Positions 41,462 through 51,719 of a stretch of DNA of 54,527 bases are shown piece by piece. How positions within the stretch are numbered: the stretch's first letter is position 1; each line of letters opens with the position of its first letter. Location: the sequence record SRR31156797_4838. One strand, given 5' to 3'. A program made the position numbers and the translations under genes. The notes under the pieces were generated by a model. The model was not told the origin of the DNA, ran no database searches, and worked only from the letters and a program-made list of their open reading frames with translations.

Positions 41462-41732
41462 ACCGTTTCGCTCATCATTTTGAGAGATTGTTGGTAAAGG
41501 GAGCCTCTGAGATTGATTCGGATTTCTCAACAGTTCGAGCTCGAGATAATGTCTATCTGGAGCGAATTTTGAGCTTTCGGTGGAGGGTGGTTGCTTTTTT
41601 TGAGCATCCTGTTCGTGTTCATGCCACTGGCGCAATTTGATTCTTCGCCCCATTTTTATCATAACGAATACTTATACACTTCAAACAAGCTCCGTAAATG
41701 AGCCTGGTTGTCAGTCATGTTTTGCCTTTACC

Positions 41733-41781
41733 AAAAACAGCAATGCCTCTCCAGGTACCTTTGGAGAGGCATTGCTGTTTT
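41733..41781. terminator. Bidirectional terminator downstream of the hsp20 operon
   Basis: AAAAACAGCAATGCCTCTCCA...TGGAGAGGCATTGCTGTTTTT long perfect stem with A/T runs on both sides. Confidence 0.8.
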
Positions 41782-41813
41782 TGTTAAATATTCTCTCTAC
41801 AGGGGGGCGGATT

Positions 41814-42374
41814 TTAAGAATTCGTAATTTCAATCGGTTTGCTCTCTGGGGCAATTACCTGCTGCCTGGGCATGGTAATCGTCAGTACCCCATTTTTAAA
41901 GTTTGCCTGGATGCTGTCCTGGTCAATATCGTCGGGCAGAGAGAGTACCCGCAGAAAAGAACCGTAGCTCCTTTCCATTCGGTAATAATTTTCCTTTTTA
42001 GTTTCCTTTTCTTGTTTCTTTTCTCCTGTAATAGTCATGGTGTTATCGGCTATGTTGATTTTGACATCTTTTTCCGTGACACCGGGAATTTCGACTGTAA
42101 GTACATACTTTTTATCTTCTGCCCGTAAATCAACCTGTGGTTTGGGCAGCCCATATGCTCCCAGTGGCGTGTGAACTCCGTGGGCTGAGGTTAATTCATG
42201 GAAGGCATTACCAAAGAAGTTGTTGAACAGGCCTTCAATGCTGTGTGGAAAGACTGGTACGTTGTTTGTGGGTATCCCCCGGTCACCAGGTATCTTCTTG
42301 TTGACCGGCACAGAACGTTCCTGTTCTTCCTCTTTGCTAAACCAATTCCATGGTGCAAGTTTTTTCAGTTCCAT
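41814..42374 (-). CDS. Hsp20/alpha-crystallin small heat shock protein
   Basis: PQVDL, EIPGV, ERSYGSF and FKNGVLTI motifs with a C-terminal I-x-I. Confidence 0.93.
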   Translation of the reverse strand: MELKKLAPWNWFSKEEEQERSVPVNKKIPGDRGIPTNNVPVFPHSIEGLFNNFFGNAFHELTSAHGVHTPLGAYGLPKPQVDLRAEDKKYVLTVEIPGVTEKDVKINIADNTMTITGEKKQEKETKKENYYRMERSYGSFLRVLSLPDDIDQDSIQANFKNGVLTITMPRQQVIAPESKPIEITNS

Positions 42375-42458
42375 GGTTGCCTCCTTTGGTTTGGGAGGGA
42401 AGAGTATTCCCGATTGGAAGCACCTTTCCCCCCCTGGATCATATAGGATTCTGATTCA

Positions 42459-42845
42459 TTATCCGGTTGTAATTTTGATTTGCTTTGGTTTGGCTGCCTC
42501 CAGTTTCGGCAATAGTAATTGCAGGACGCCATCCTCCAGGTGTGCTTTTATATTGGCAATGTCAATTGATTGCGGTACCGAGAAGGTTCGGCTGTATTCG
42601 GCTGCGCCAAATTCTCTCCACCTGGCAGCCCCCGAATCAGTAACGGTTCTTGAGCCTGACAGGTACAGTTTACCATTGTCAATATTGATGGTAATGTTCT
42701 CTCTTTGTACACCAGGCATATCTGCATGGAGCAGGATCTCATTTTTATTTTCAAAGATATCAACAGCCGGGGTAACTACTGGCAACTGTCTGGCTGCTTT
42801 GATCTCATTTTTATTGCTGGGTGTTAATGCATTGTTCTCACTCAT
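42459..42845 (-). CDS. Hsp20/alpha-crystallin small heat shock protein
   Basis: PAVDIFE, ADMPGV, LEDGVLQL and KQIKI motifs. Confidence 0.93.
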   Translation of the reverse strand: MSENNALTPSNKNEIKAARQLPVVTPAVDIFENKNEILLHADMPGVQRENITINIDNGKLYLSGSRTVTDSGAARWREFGAAEYSRTFSVPQSIDIANIKAHLEDGVLQLLLPKLEAAKPKQIKITTG

Positions 42846-42885
42846 TTTAAGCTCCTTTGTACCTTTTTCTGAAGAGGTTTTTTAC

Positions 42886-43332
42886 TTAGCTGATTGCGAT
42901 CTGTTTTGGTTTAGCAGCTTCTGATTTCGGCAGTGTCATGGTGAGGATGCCGTTATTGAGTGAAGCTTTCACGTTATCAGCATTGACTTCGTATGGCAGA
43001 GTGAAGCTTCTGGAGAAAGAGAGTGCTTCCCTTTCTGTTCTGTGAACTGTATAGCCTTCAGGAACGTCATTGGTTCGTTTGCCGCTCAGCTCAAGGTAAT
43101 TTCCCTGAATTTTGACGTTAATGTTGTCCTTAGATACTCCTGGTACTTCAATCATTACCTCTAGGTTATCACCAGTATCGTTTAGGTTGGTTCTTGGGTA
43201 GTTGTCACCCGATGTCCTGGGGTATCTTTGGTCAGCAAGTCGGTCAAAATCTTGAAATGCGCTGCCAAGTCTGGAACGAAAAATGTCCATATTGTTTAAC
43301 ATTCTTTCAAGTTCATTCATTCGTGCCCACAT
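42886..43332 (-). CDS. Hsp20/alpha-crystallin small heat shock protein
   Basis: YPRTNL, EVPGV, FSRSFTLP, LNNGILTM and KQIAI motifs. Confidence 0.93.
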   Translation of the reverse strand: MWARMNELERMLNNMDIFRSRLGSAFQDFDRLADQRYPRTSGDNYPRTNLNDTGDNLEVMIEVPGVSKDNINVKIQGNYLELSGKRTNDVPEGYTVHRTEREALSFSRSFTLPYEVNADNVKASLNNGILTMTLPKSEAAKPKQIAIS

Positions 43333-43390
43333 GTGTTCTCTCCTCTTATATGTAATTGTATTTTGGGGGTTATCGGTTTTTGTATGCTGA

Positions 43391-43501
43391 AAAAATAATT
43401 ACTGTTCTTTTGGTGTCAAGCGTAATGTTGAAAAAAAGTCAAAGGGTGGCGGCATTACTTTTTATAAAACTTTTGACAAAGTAATGGTTGACGGTTATTT
43501 T
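43391..43501. promoter_or_regulatory. Back-to-back sigma70-like promoters with a candidate operator
   Basis: Minus strand TTGACA-16-TATTTT toward hsp20; plus strand TTGACA (43473)-17-TATTTT toward 43543. IR CATTACTTT (43453-43461) / AAAGTAATG (43478-43486). Confidence 0.5.
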
Positions 43502-43542
43502 CTCATCAAAGTCAGTAAATTTGCAGCTCAGGAGAATGAAAA

Positions 43543-44115
43543 ATGACATCGGAATTCCCAGATCTAGGGCTATCGGCCGATTTATTAAAAGGAAAACAGT
43601 CCATTAGGGCGACTTTTAAGTTACCCGTTGAGATAATAAAACTATTGAGTATTGCTGCAGCGCAGCTTGGTATAAAGCAGAAAACACTGTTTGATCAACT
43701 TGTGGAAGACCGCGATATTTTATCTCAGGTTGCCAATGAGGCGAAAAGGTATGATCATGCGACCAGAGAACGACGTCAAAAGACCCTTGTTCTTAGTCGT
43801 AAATCTCTAATTTCGATTGAAAAAGTTGCGCACGAATATGGGATGCCAAGGGATGTGTTGGTGGAGGTATCAATAAGTCGTCTGCTCCCAGTTATTGATG
43901 CGGAACAGCAAAAGCAAAAAAGACGTAAGGTTGTTCTGGCAGAGTTAGAGCAGCATCATCAGCAAGGGCTGTTACTGTTACAAAAAAACGTGAGGCTCTT
44001 GGGTAAGGGGGATCCTGTATTTAAGCGAATGGAAAGTGCGCTGAAACAGGAGGAGAAGATGATAGGAGAAATACGGGAAATTGTGCTTCGGGGACAACGG
44101 GTGGAAGCATTTTAA
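43543..44115 (+). CDS. Hypothetical protein with two ribbon-helix-helix-like repeats and a coiled coil
   Basis: SIRATFKLPVEIIKLLSIAAAQLGIKQKTLFDQLV and RQKTLVLSRKSLISIEKVAHEYGMPRDVLVEVSI both fit the beta-helix-G-helix RHH pattern. AGGAG SD. Confidence 0.7.
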   Translation: MTSEFPDLGLSADLLKGKQSIRATFKLPVEIIKLLSIAAAQLGIKQKTLFDQLVEDRDILSQVANEAKRYDHATRERRQKTLVLSRKSLISIEKVAHEYGMPRDVLVEVSISRLLPVIDAEQQKQKRRKVVLAELEQHHQQGLLLLQKNVRLLGKGDPVFKRMESALKQEEKMIGEIREIVLRGQRVEAF

Positions 44116-44129
44116 TGGTTTTCTCCTTG

Positions 44130-45026
44130 TTAAGGCTGTTTCTTGTCAAGTGCGTCGGCGACTGAGTTTCCCATTAAAAGAAGATTGTCGATGATATCTT
44201 CAGCCAGAGGATCCAGAGGGACTACCTTTCCTGCAATGGCAGCAGCAACGGCTGCCCCGCTTTTGGTGTCAAACTGCGGTTGAACAAAAATAACTTGTAC
44301 TCTTTCCTCTTTTGCTTTTTGTATGATCGTAACCAGTTGTTTTGGGGTCGGCGCCTTACCTGCAACTTCTACTGCTTCTTGGTGCAGGCCGTATGTGTGA
44401 GTGAAGTAGCCGAAAGATGGGTGGAAGACAAAGATTGTTTCCCCTTGGTAAGAAGCAAGCAATTGCTGCAGCTTTCTATGTAAACCATCAAGTGTTTCTA
44501 GAACCAGCGCAAGGTTAGTTTCGTACAGTTTTGTATTGGCCGGGTCTTCAGTTGTTAAAGCAGCGGCAATATTGTGGGCCATAATTTTGAGGTTGATTGG
44601 GGACAACCAGGTATGGGGGTCCAAGTTCTGCTCCTGTTTGTTTCCATGATCGTGGTGCGAGTGCATGTCATGATGTGTCAGGATAGGGATTTTTGATATA
44701 CCGTCCGCAGCGTTGACAATATGCAGGGTGGTGCCGTTTTTTTGCAGGATCCTGATAATTATTTTTTCAAAAGGCATGTCGGTTGTGAAGTAGAGACTGG
44801 CGTTGGCCAGTTTTGCAATCTGCACGGGGGAAGGTTCAAAAGTGTGAGGATCTTGCCCTTTGTTGATTAAAACATGGGTGGTGACACGGTCACCGCCGAT
44901 ATGATCAGTGAGCCATTTTTGCGGTGGGATCGAGACAAATACATCGATGGTTGCTGCTTGAAGAGAGGGAATAGAAAACAGGAAAAAGATGGTTGCTGTC
45001 AGCAAAAGTATTTTAATTTTTTCCAT
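44130..45026 (-). CDS. znuA: Zn/Mn ABC transporter substrate-binding protein
   Basis: DPHTFEP, His-rich loop (HHDMHSHHDHG), DPHTWLSP and FHPSFGYF motifs. Confidence 0.88.
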   Translation of the reverse strand: MEKIKILLLTATIFFLFSIPSLQAATIDVFVSIPPQKWLTDHIGGDRVTTHVLINKGQDPHTFEPSPVQIAKLANASLYFTTDMPFEKIIIRILQKNGTTLHIVNAADGISKIPILTHHDMHSHHDHGNKQEQNLDPHTWLSPINLKIMAHNIAAALTTEDPANTKLYETNLALVLETLDGLHRKLQQLLASYQGETIFVFHPSFGYFTHTYGLHQEAVEVAGKAPTPKQLVTIIQKAKEERVQVIFVQPQFDTKSGAAVAAAIAGKVVPLDPLAEDIIDNLLLMGNSVADALDKKQP

Positions 45027-45453
45027 TGGGTACTCCTTGAGTATTATTTGATGTTGTAAGTAATGTAGCAAAAGAAAGAAGTCAACTGTGAAGGGAAAAC
45101 TTTACTGGCCAGGCTTCTGTTTTCAATTGCAACGGGCTGTATATAAAGGGTAATTGTGCTAGGATGGCTATTGTTGAAAAGTCTTCGGGTATTTTCCGGC
45201 TTGTTTCTTTAAAATCAGGACTTGAGCAAGGAAATGATCTCATTTATTCGTAACTATTCAGCAGCATCTGACAGAGTCTGCGTTTACCTCTGCGCACAAT
45301 CAGGCAGGGAAATAGAGCATTACTTTTGTTATCCAGCCTGCCTGTACGCATCTAGTGTACTGCTGAACAGGTACGCTTCGAGATTAAGACGAGGCTTTTG
45401 TATTTTTTTATCAGGCAGCTTTTTTTTACTTTATCATAACAGGCAAAAAGACC

Positions 45454-48400
45454 ATGGCAACGACCGCAGAAAAAGAGAGGGCCTCACTGTTAAAGCGGCT
45501 CTGGGCTAAAAGAGTAACTCGGATTTTTTTGGTGGCACTGATAGTAGTCGGTGCTGCTATATCCCTGGTACCTTTTAGTGCAAAATTGTATCTGCAGAAA
45601 TGGCTGGTGGCTAACGGTGCTGATTCAGCCATTGTTCAAAAAATTCGGATAAATCCTTTTACGGGAATGGTTGGCTTGTATGGGGTGGATGTTCGACACA
45701 ATGATAAGCCGGTTTTTGCCGATACTAGCATTAAATTAAACATTGGCCTGGGCATGCTTTTTAGCCGTGAGGCACTTATTGAAGAAGCTACGCTCGCCAA
45801 TGTGGTGATAGATCTGGAAAGATTTGAAGATGGCAACTTAAGAATAGGGTCTTACACCCTTGATGGGCGAACTGAAGAGCCAAGTCAGAAGCCGGTTGAT
45901 GTCGCCCCTGCAGATAAGGTAAACCCATGGCTTCTGTATGTTCGAAGGGTTGATATCGAAAACGTCACTGTCCATTATAAACAACCTGACCTGAAGATAA
46001 GTTGCGTCGTGGAAAAAGGAAGTATTGAGAAGTTTAATACAAATCCTGATGAGAAAAAAGGCAGTGTCAATCTCAAGGGACTTTTTAATGGTGCGCCTTT
46101 TGATATTCAATTGTCGGAGGTCGGCGTTACCCCACATCCTTTTTTAGAAGGTAGGGTGAAGCTTACTGCTGTCGATCTGCAGGATTTCAGAGAGTTGATG
46201 GCCCCCTATGTCTCCCCGTTTGAAGGCGTAGCAGGGCTTGATGGGACGCTTTCCTTTAGTTTGGATGACAATGCAGATATGGATGTCCTTTTTGATGGGG
46301 CCATAGGGTACGGCAATGGTAAAATTGGGGGGGAGCAGTGGTTGGTTGGCGGTACTGCCAATTGGTTAGGCAAAGCAGGATTTCAAATGGCCGGCGCTGA
46401 GATGCAGGTTTCAACAGCTGGTATGATGGAGCTTGTTGGACCTTCTGTTTCGGTGCAGGCTGGTGCTGGAAAACTAGCTACAGAAAGCAAAAAACTGGCT
46501 TATGAGGGGGAGGTTACCTACATCCAATATTTTGGCAGTACCTATAGGGCAACTGTCGATACGCGGGGACGTTTGATGGGCGAACTGACTGAATTGAATA
46601 TGCCGTCTATAGCTCTTTCACAGGGAAAGCTTAATGCTGACGGAACATCAACGGTCGACATTGGCAAAAAAATGCGGGTTAATTATCAGGGAAAAGTCGA
46701 GTTAATAGATTCGAAGGTGGACCTTGACGATCTGGTATCAACAGAGGGGCATCGACTGGTATGGAATGGGTTGGGTGGATATGGCCTGGAGACAAACAGC
46801 CAGGAAATTGTAGTCAAAGGCAAACTAGCAACTGAAAAAGTGACAGTTGATCTCAAGAGCAGAGACATGCAGCTTGGCCAAGCAAAGGGTGGAATCGAGA
46901 GTGACCTGACCCTTACGCTTGCAGACCAGCCCTTTTTCAAAGGTGAGGCAACTGTTGATACTGCTGGTATACAGCTGCTTCAGGGTGGAAATTCTCTTGT
47001 GCAGCTCGAAAAGTTAACGATTAAAGACGTGAAAGATGATTCCCAGGGGGGGGTGGCGGTTGCATCTGTCGAATTGAGCAATCTAGTTGCTGGCCTGTCG
47101 GAGATCAGCCCTGTGAAGGTTAGTCTGCCCTCGGCTGTAATGGGGAATATCAGTAGTCCTGATTTTGCAACCATTGCCGTCGGTGAACTGGAACTGACAA
47201 ATCCGGAAGTGACAGACAAGCTAAATAACAAGCAATTAGCAGTGTTGGAGTCCATACAGGTCGTTGATATAGATGCGACAAAAAACGGAGCGGTTGCAGC
47301 CGATAAGTTGATGGCAACTGGGGGCAATTTTTTTCTTCCTGGAATAGCGGATACTCCACATCCAATAACTCTTGCCCAGGTAGAAGCAGGAGAGCTCCAA
47401 TGGTCGTTGAAAGAAGGCTTTTTCTGTAATACGGTGACCTTTGATTCTCTGTATGGAAGCATAGCCAGGGGAAAATCTACCACTGAAAGTGGTACTGATG
47501 GGCAGCAGCCTGAGATCGCGGAGGAAGATGCTGCATCGCAGGAAAAAAACCACAGTCTGCCGGTCAGGGTTAATACAATAAATGTGATAGGGAAAAGTGG
47601 TTTCGGATTTACTGATACAACCTTGACCAGTACTTTTTTCACCGAATTGCTGCTTGATCAAGGGCAGATAAATGATATTGATTTTAACCAACCAGAAAAG
47701 CCTTTTTCTTATGTCTTGCAAGGTGCCTTTGATAAATATTCACCACTGAAGGTAGAGGGCAGTTGTGCTCCTTTCGCGGGCAATTTTATGCTTAATCAAA
47801 AAACAACCCTCAAGAACTATTCTCTACAGAAGTTGTCACCCTATGTAGTGGATGCTATCGGCACCTATTTTAAAAATGGTCAACTGGACTTGATTTCCAC
47901 CAAAAAAATTGTTGGTGAGCACCTCGAACTAGATAATCATTTTGTTTTTCAGGGGATTGAGGCGGAAACCGTAAATGAGGAATTGGCTGCCAAGTTAAAC
48001 AATAAGCTGCCTGTCCCCCTTGATTTGGCGTTATCCATGCTGCGTGACAGTAGCGGTAATATTGAGCTTGATGTTCCTATTTCAGGAAACGTAAATGATT
48101 TAAATTTCGGTATGGCAGATGTCGTTATTACTGCAATGGGAACGGCCATAGCCGTAGGTGTAGCCCCGTATCTTGCCTATACTTTTCTTGGGCCTACAGG
48201 AGCCTTGGTGTACCTGGGAGGAAAAATAGGGCAGGCGATGTTGGATACAAACCTTCCTTCGTTGACCTTTGAAAAAAATACAGAGGAACTGTCTGAGGAA
48301 CAGAAAAAGACTCTCCACAAAGTTGGAAAGGCGATACGCTCAGATGAAAAATCTACTTATACCATATGTGCCAAAGTTGCCTTGTCAGAACTTGGTGATG

Positions 48401-48609
48401 GTGAACAAGCTGATGGGCAAAGTGGATATGCCATAAGCAGTGACGAAAAATTGCGAAAGCAGCTCTTCGATATTGGTGAACATCGCTCAATGACTGTGAA
48501 ATTATTTTTGGAGGAGACCATGGACGTCAATAGTGAGCAGTTATTGATTTGTAATCCAGGGGTTAACTACGAGAAGGGCGGGGCGACAATAGTAGAGTTC
48601 AAAAAATGA
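45454..48609 (+). CDS. DUF748 domain (AsmA-like) envelope protein
   Basis: N-terminal anchor, INPFTG, beta-rich repeats and the C-terminal LDLALSMLRDSSGNIELDVPISG motif. Confidence 0.8.
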   Translation: MATTAEKERASLLKRLWAKRVTRIFLVALIVVGAAISLVPFSAKLYLQKWLVANGADSAIVQKIRINPFTGMVGLYGVDVRHNDKPVFADTSIKLNIGLGMLFSREALIEEATLANVVIDLERFEDGNLRIGSYTLDGRTEEPSQKPVDVAPADKVNPWLLYVRRVDIENVTVHYKQPDLKISCVVEKGSIEKFNTNPDEKKGSVNLKGLFNGAPFDIQLSEVGVTPHPFLEGRVKLTAVDLQDFRELMAPYVSPFEGVAGLDGTLSFSLDDNADMDVLFDGAIGYGNGKIGGEQWLVGGTANWLGKAGFQMAGAEMQVSTAGMMELVGPSVSVQAGAGKLATESKKLAYEGEVTYIQYFGSTYRATVDTRGRLMGELTELNMPSIALSQGKLNADGTSTVDIGKKMRVNYQGKVELIDSKVDLDDLVSTEGHRLVWNGLGGYGLETNSQEIVVKGKLATEKVTVDLKSRDMQLGQAKGGIESDLTLTLADQPFFKGEATVDTAGIQLLQGGNSLVQLEKLTIKDVKDDSQGGVAVASVELSNLVAGLSEISPVKVSLPSAVMGNISSPDFATIAVGELELTNPEVTDKLNNKQLAVLESIQVVDIDATKNGAVAADKLMATGGNFFLPGIADTPHPITLAQVEAGELQWSLKEGFFCNTVTFDSLYGSIARGKSTTESGTDGQQPEIAEEDAASQEKNHSLPVRVNTINVIGKSGFGFTDTTLTSTFFTELLLDQGQINDIDFNQPEKPFSYVLQGAFDKYSPLKVEGSCAPFAGNFMLNQKTTLKNYSLQKLSPYVVDAIGTYFKNGQLDLISTKKIVGEHLELDNHFVFQGIEAETVNEELAAKLNNKLPVPLDLALSMLRDSSGNIELDVPISGNVNDLNFGMADVVITAMGTAIAVGVAPYLAYTFLGPTGALVYLGGKIGQAMLDTNLPSLTFEKNTEELSEEQKKTLHKVGKAIRSDEKSTYTICAKVALSELGDGEQADGQSGYAISSDEKLRKQLFDIGEHRSMTVKLFLEETMDVNSEQLLICNPGVNYEKGGATIVEFKK

Positions 48610-48653
48610 AGCCAAAAGCAGAAAAGAACGCAGGAGGTGGATTTTAGGTCTTC

Positions 48654-49805
48654 CTAGTTAACTTTGGCAATAAAGATGAGTCGGCCTCCCTGGATACCAT
48701 TGATATAGACAGGACGGACGGCTTTACCGTCTGGGGTGATGGTGATGTTGGTCATGAGTCCTTGAAAGGTTATACCACTACGTAATGTATCTACTAGGCA
48801 TTGAGCATCTGTAGGCTCAGGGCAGCTATTCATAACTTTTCTAAGCAGGGTCATGGCCTCAATACCGAGGGCGGCAAAGGAGGTGCCTTTATCATCAAAA
48901 AGGGAATTATAGGCTTCAATAGCCTTTTTCCCCGTTTCAGTTACTAGTATTTCGCTTGAATATACATCGGTGGCCATTATTCCATCAATCAGGTTCATAT
49001 CCTCTTTCTGAGTTAGAAGAAAGTGTGACAACAATCCATCACTACCTATAGATTGAGCTGCCCATCCGATTTTTTGTGCTGCTTGCGCGAAGTTAAGCAA
49101 GGCTTCTGTCTGCACTGGCAAATAGATAATGTCTGTTTCCTGTTGCTTGAGCCACTCCAGAGTTGCAGGAAGATCGACTGGGGTATCGGCAAACTTGGTG
49201 TGAGCAACAAGCTTACCTCCAGTATTTTCGAATGTTTTGATAAATGTTTCTGCCAGGTGTTTGGAATGGGGAGAAGCAGGATGGGAAAAAACAGCAGCCC
49301 GTTCTGCCAGCAGTTCATCTCTTGCAAACATTGCTGCAACTGTTCCTTGGGCATTGTCGTCAAAACTGAGCTGAATAAGATGGCCATCCCCGTTGGTAAG
49401 GTCTGGGTGGGTTGCAACAGTAGCGATAACGGGCAGGTTAAGGGCCTCCATGGAGGATGAAAGTTCTAGGCAGATCTCACTTCTTGAGAGGATGAGAATT
49501 GCGGTAACTTGTGCTTTTACAAGCTCTTTAATAATTCTTTTAATAGATGCGGGGCTGCTTGTGTCATCCTGGATAATTAGTTCAATCTTGTCGCCACTGG
49601 CAAGTAGTGGCTGGATGGCAAGGGTTGTTTTTATCCCCCGCAGGCCACTTTCCCCCATATGGGTATCACCACCGCTAAATGATCCTATCACGCCTATCTT
49701 TACTGAATTGCCGGTAGGGGTGATCGGAGGTGGACCAGGATCGCAGCTCCATAATAGAAAAGTCATGGAGATGAGAAGGGACATGGAGAGCTTTCGGATC
49801 AACAT
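48654..49805 (-). CDS. LivJ/LivK-like periplasmic binding lipoprotein
   Basis: Lipobox LWSC, VKIGVIG, ATHPDLT and FDDNAQG motifs. Confidence 0.82.
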   Translation of the reverse strand: MLIRKLSMSLLISMTFLLWSCDPGPPPITPTGNSVKIGVIGSFSGGDTHMGESGLRGIKTTLAIQPLLASGDKIELIIQDDTSSPASIKRIIKELVKAQVTAILILSRSEICLELSSSMEALNLPVIATVATHPDLTNGDGHLIQLSFDDNAQGTVAAMFARDELLAERAAVFSHPASPHSKHLAETFIKTFENTGGKLVAHTKFADTPVDLPATLEWLKQQETDIIYLPVQTEALLNFAQAAQKIGWAAQSIGSDGLLSHFLLTQKEDMNLIDGIMATDVYSSEILVTETGKKAIEAYNSLFDDKGTSFAALGIEAMTLLRKVMNSCPEPTDAQCLVDTLRSGITFQGLMTNITITPDGKAVRPVYINGIQGGRLIFIAKVN

Positions 49806-49808
49806 TGT

Positions 49809-51719
49809 TCACGGAATGTAAGTGATGTTTGCACGGACGATGAGCTTTTTGTCAAAATTACGTTGAATTTTACGCTTGAATTGAGCGAGATCGTGCCTGT
49901 CTAGCTGATCCCTTGCGAGCAGGTTGACATACAGTACTCTCTTGTCTTTTAGGTTAGTTAAGTTGGCTTCCTTAACGATGAGATACTTGCCGTTTACCAA
50001 GAATCGCTCTGTCTGCCAGCTTTTTTCAAGTTCTGCCTTCGATATAATCTGTTTATAGGAAAGAAAAAGAGGTATGGCAATCAGCGCCATGGTAACCGCT
50101 ATAAGTGCAACGCCACGTTTGTTGCGTACAGCTGCTGAAAATCCGAGAATTCTAAAGGTGTAGGCAGCTGCGAGGGTAATTCCAATCAGGTTTGTGGAAA
50201 AAAGGAGAAAGGCCTGCGATGCGAATAAGAGGTCCAGGCGGCCAAGGCCGATCCCGGCCACAGCCAGTGGAGGGACCAATGCAACAGCAATGCCCACACC
50301 GGCAAGGCTTTGTAGTATTTCTTTATAGGATTTGGTGTAGGCTCCAGCTATTCCGGCAATGACGGCTACTGCCAAGTCTAGTAGAGATGGGTTGAGTCGG
50401 GCCTGCATCTCTGCTGTAACTGGTTTGTAAGGAACCGTGAGCGACATGAGTGCTGCTGCTGCAAGAGCGATCCCAACTCCGACTGCAATTTTACGAAATG
50501 AGCGAAAAGCTAGTACACTGTCACCCCTGAGAAGCCCCATGGCAAGGGAGACAATAGGTGACATTAAGGGGGCCAGCAGCATGGCACCGATAACCACGGA
50601 AGAGCTGTTGAGATAAAGACCTACTGTTGCCAGCAGGGTACTCAGGACCATGAGAATAATATAGATGGGATCAATGGCAGCATCACCTTTTAACGCGATA
50701 AAAAGATCGCGAAAACGCTCCTCTGATGCGTATGAAAAAAATGGGATCTTTTTCTTCTGCGCTTTAATGATCTCTTTTCCCTGGGGAAGGTTTCTAATCT
50801 TGGTGATTTCTGCAGGGGCAGCTGCCTGCAGTTTTTGTCTATGCAGCTTGTCGCCGGTCTTGATCCTGAGAGCAGCCGATAGTACCTCACACTGTACTGG
50901 AGTTGAGGTAGCTTCTTCCCCGTCAATGAACATGGGCATCGGCTCTGTTGATTCTATACGCAACGTTTCTGCTTTAAGATAACCAATGGTGCTGGTCAAT
51001 TTATTCAGGCTGAAGTCTTGCTTGAGGGATTCGACGATAAATCTGAGATAACTAACGATGGAAAGAGGAGCTGCAATGATCAGTGAGATCATGCCGTCCG
51101 TACAGGAGCTATTTTGTTCAATCAGTTTTGATGCAAGCGATTTTTCCTGTTGTTGAATAATCATGCATCCGCTGGCTGCCGTTGCCACAGTTTGATTGGA
51201 TCCAGTGGTAAATGTGAATCCTTTATGTCTGAGACAACGGGTTTTGGTCAGGGCTTCCAGCGTGGTTTTCAGTTTGGTCTTATTTGATGGAGCATCAAGC
51301 AGCGGCATGTTGCCGATGTGGCCTCTGAAAAGAAGTATTTGGCCATTACACCTGATCAGGTCTATTTCCGTGTTAGGGCTTGTTAGCGCGGTTTCTAACG
51401 CTTGGTCTGCCTCAAGGGGAAGATCAAAACTTGCACGAAGATTTTTTTGCTTTTTGGAGGGAATGATGCCTAGGGAAAAATGGAAATCCAAGGCTAATTC
51501 CACGATCATTTTTATAGTCTTGAGCGATCCAGAAACAACCACATGCTCAATTGATTGGAGATGTTTTTCCGGTTTAGCAAAGAAGGCTTCACATGTAACA
51601 GCAGTAATAGTAACCCCATAAGGATTCTCTTCGAGTGGGATTACGAGATCAGCTGCTTCTTCGCTGTAAACAAAGAGTGCTGCTTTGGGGATAGTTTCTG
51701 TTTGCTTTGTTTCACTCAT
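49809..51719 (-). CDS. TIGR00341/DUF389 membrane protein fused to a degenerate DAG-kinase-like domain
   Basis: DUF389 motifs SSSVVIGAMLLAPLM and GIAVALVPPL. The N-terminal half has LGIIP and MFIDGE...P, as in the DAGK fold. Confidence 0.82.
   Translation of the reverse strand: MSETKQTETIPKAALFVYSEEAADLVIPLEENPYGVTITAVTCEAFFAKPEKHLQSIEHVVVSGSLKTIKMIVELALDFHFSLGIIPSKKQKNLRASFDLPLEADQALETALTSPNTEIDLIRCNGQILLFRGHIGNMPLLDAPSNKTKLKTTLEALTKTRCLRHKGFTFTTGSNQTVATAASGCMIIQQQEKSLASKLIEQNSSCTDGMISLIIAAPLSIVSYLRFIVESLKQDFSLNKLTSTIGYLKAETLRIESTEPMPMFIDGEEATSTPVQCEVLSAALRIKTGDKLHRQKLQAAAPAEITKIRNLPQGKEIIKAQKKKIPFFSYASEERFRDLFIALKGDAAIDPIYIILMVLSTLLATVGLYLNSSSVVIGAMLLAPLMSPIVSLAMGLLRGDSVLAFRSFRKIAVGVGIALAAAALMSLTVPYKPVTAEMQARLNPSLLDLAVAVIAGIAGAYTKSYKEILQSLAGVGIAVALVPPLAVAGIGLGRLDLLFASQAFLLFSTNLIGITLAAAYTFRILGFSAAVRNKRGVALIAVTMALIAIPLFLSYKQIISKAELEKSWQTERFLVNGKYLIVKEANLTNLKDKRVLYVNLLARDQLDRHDLAQFKRKIQRNFDKKLIVRANITYIP

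Noticed and set aside
41422-41662. Two overlapping 72-aa ORFs on opposite strands after the C_GCAxxG gene
   Set aside because: No SD or motif; composition does not favour either one.
43333-43542. CIRCE or sigma32 elements before the hsp20 genes
   Set aside because: No TTAGCACTC-N9-GAGTGCTAA, and no CCCCAT -10 at a suitable spacing.
45048-45075. Zur box upstream of znuA
   Set aside because: The palindrome is too degenerate to support a call.
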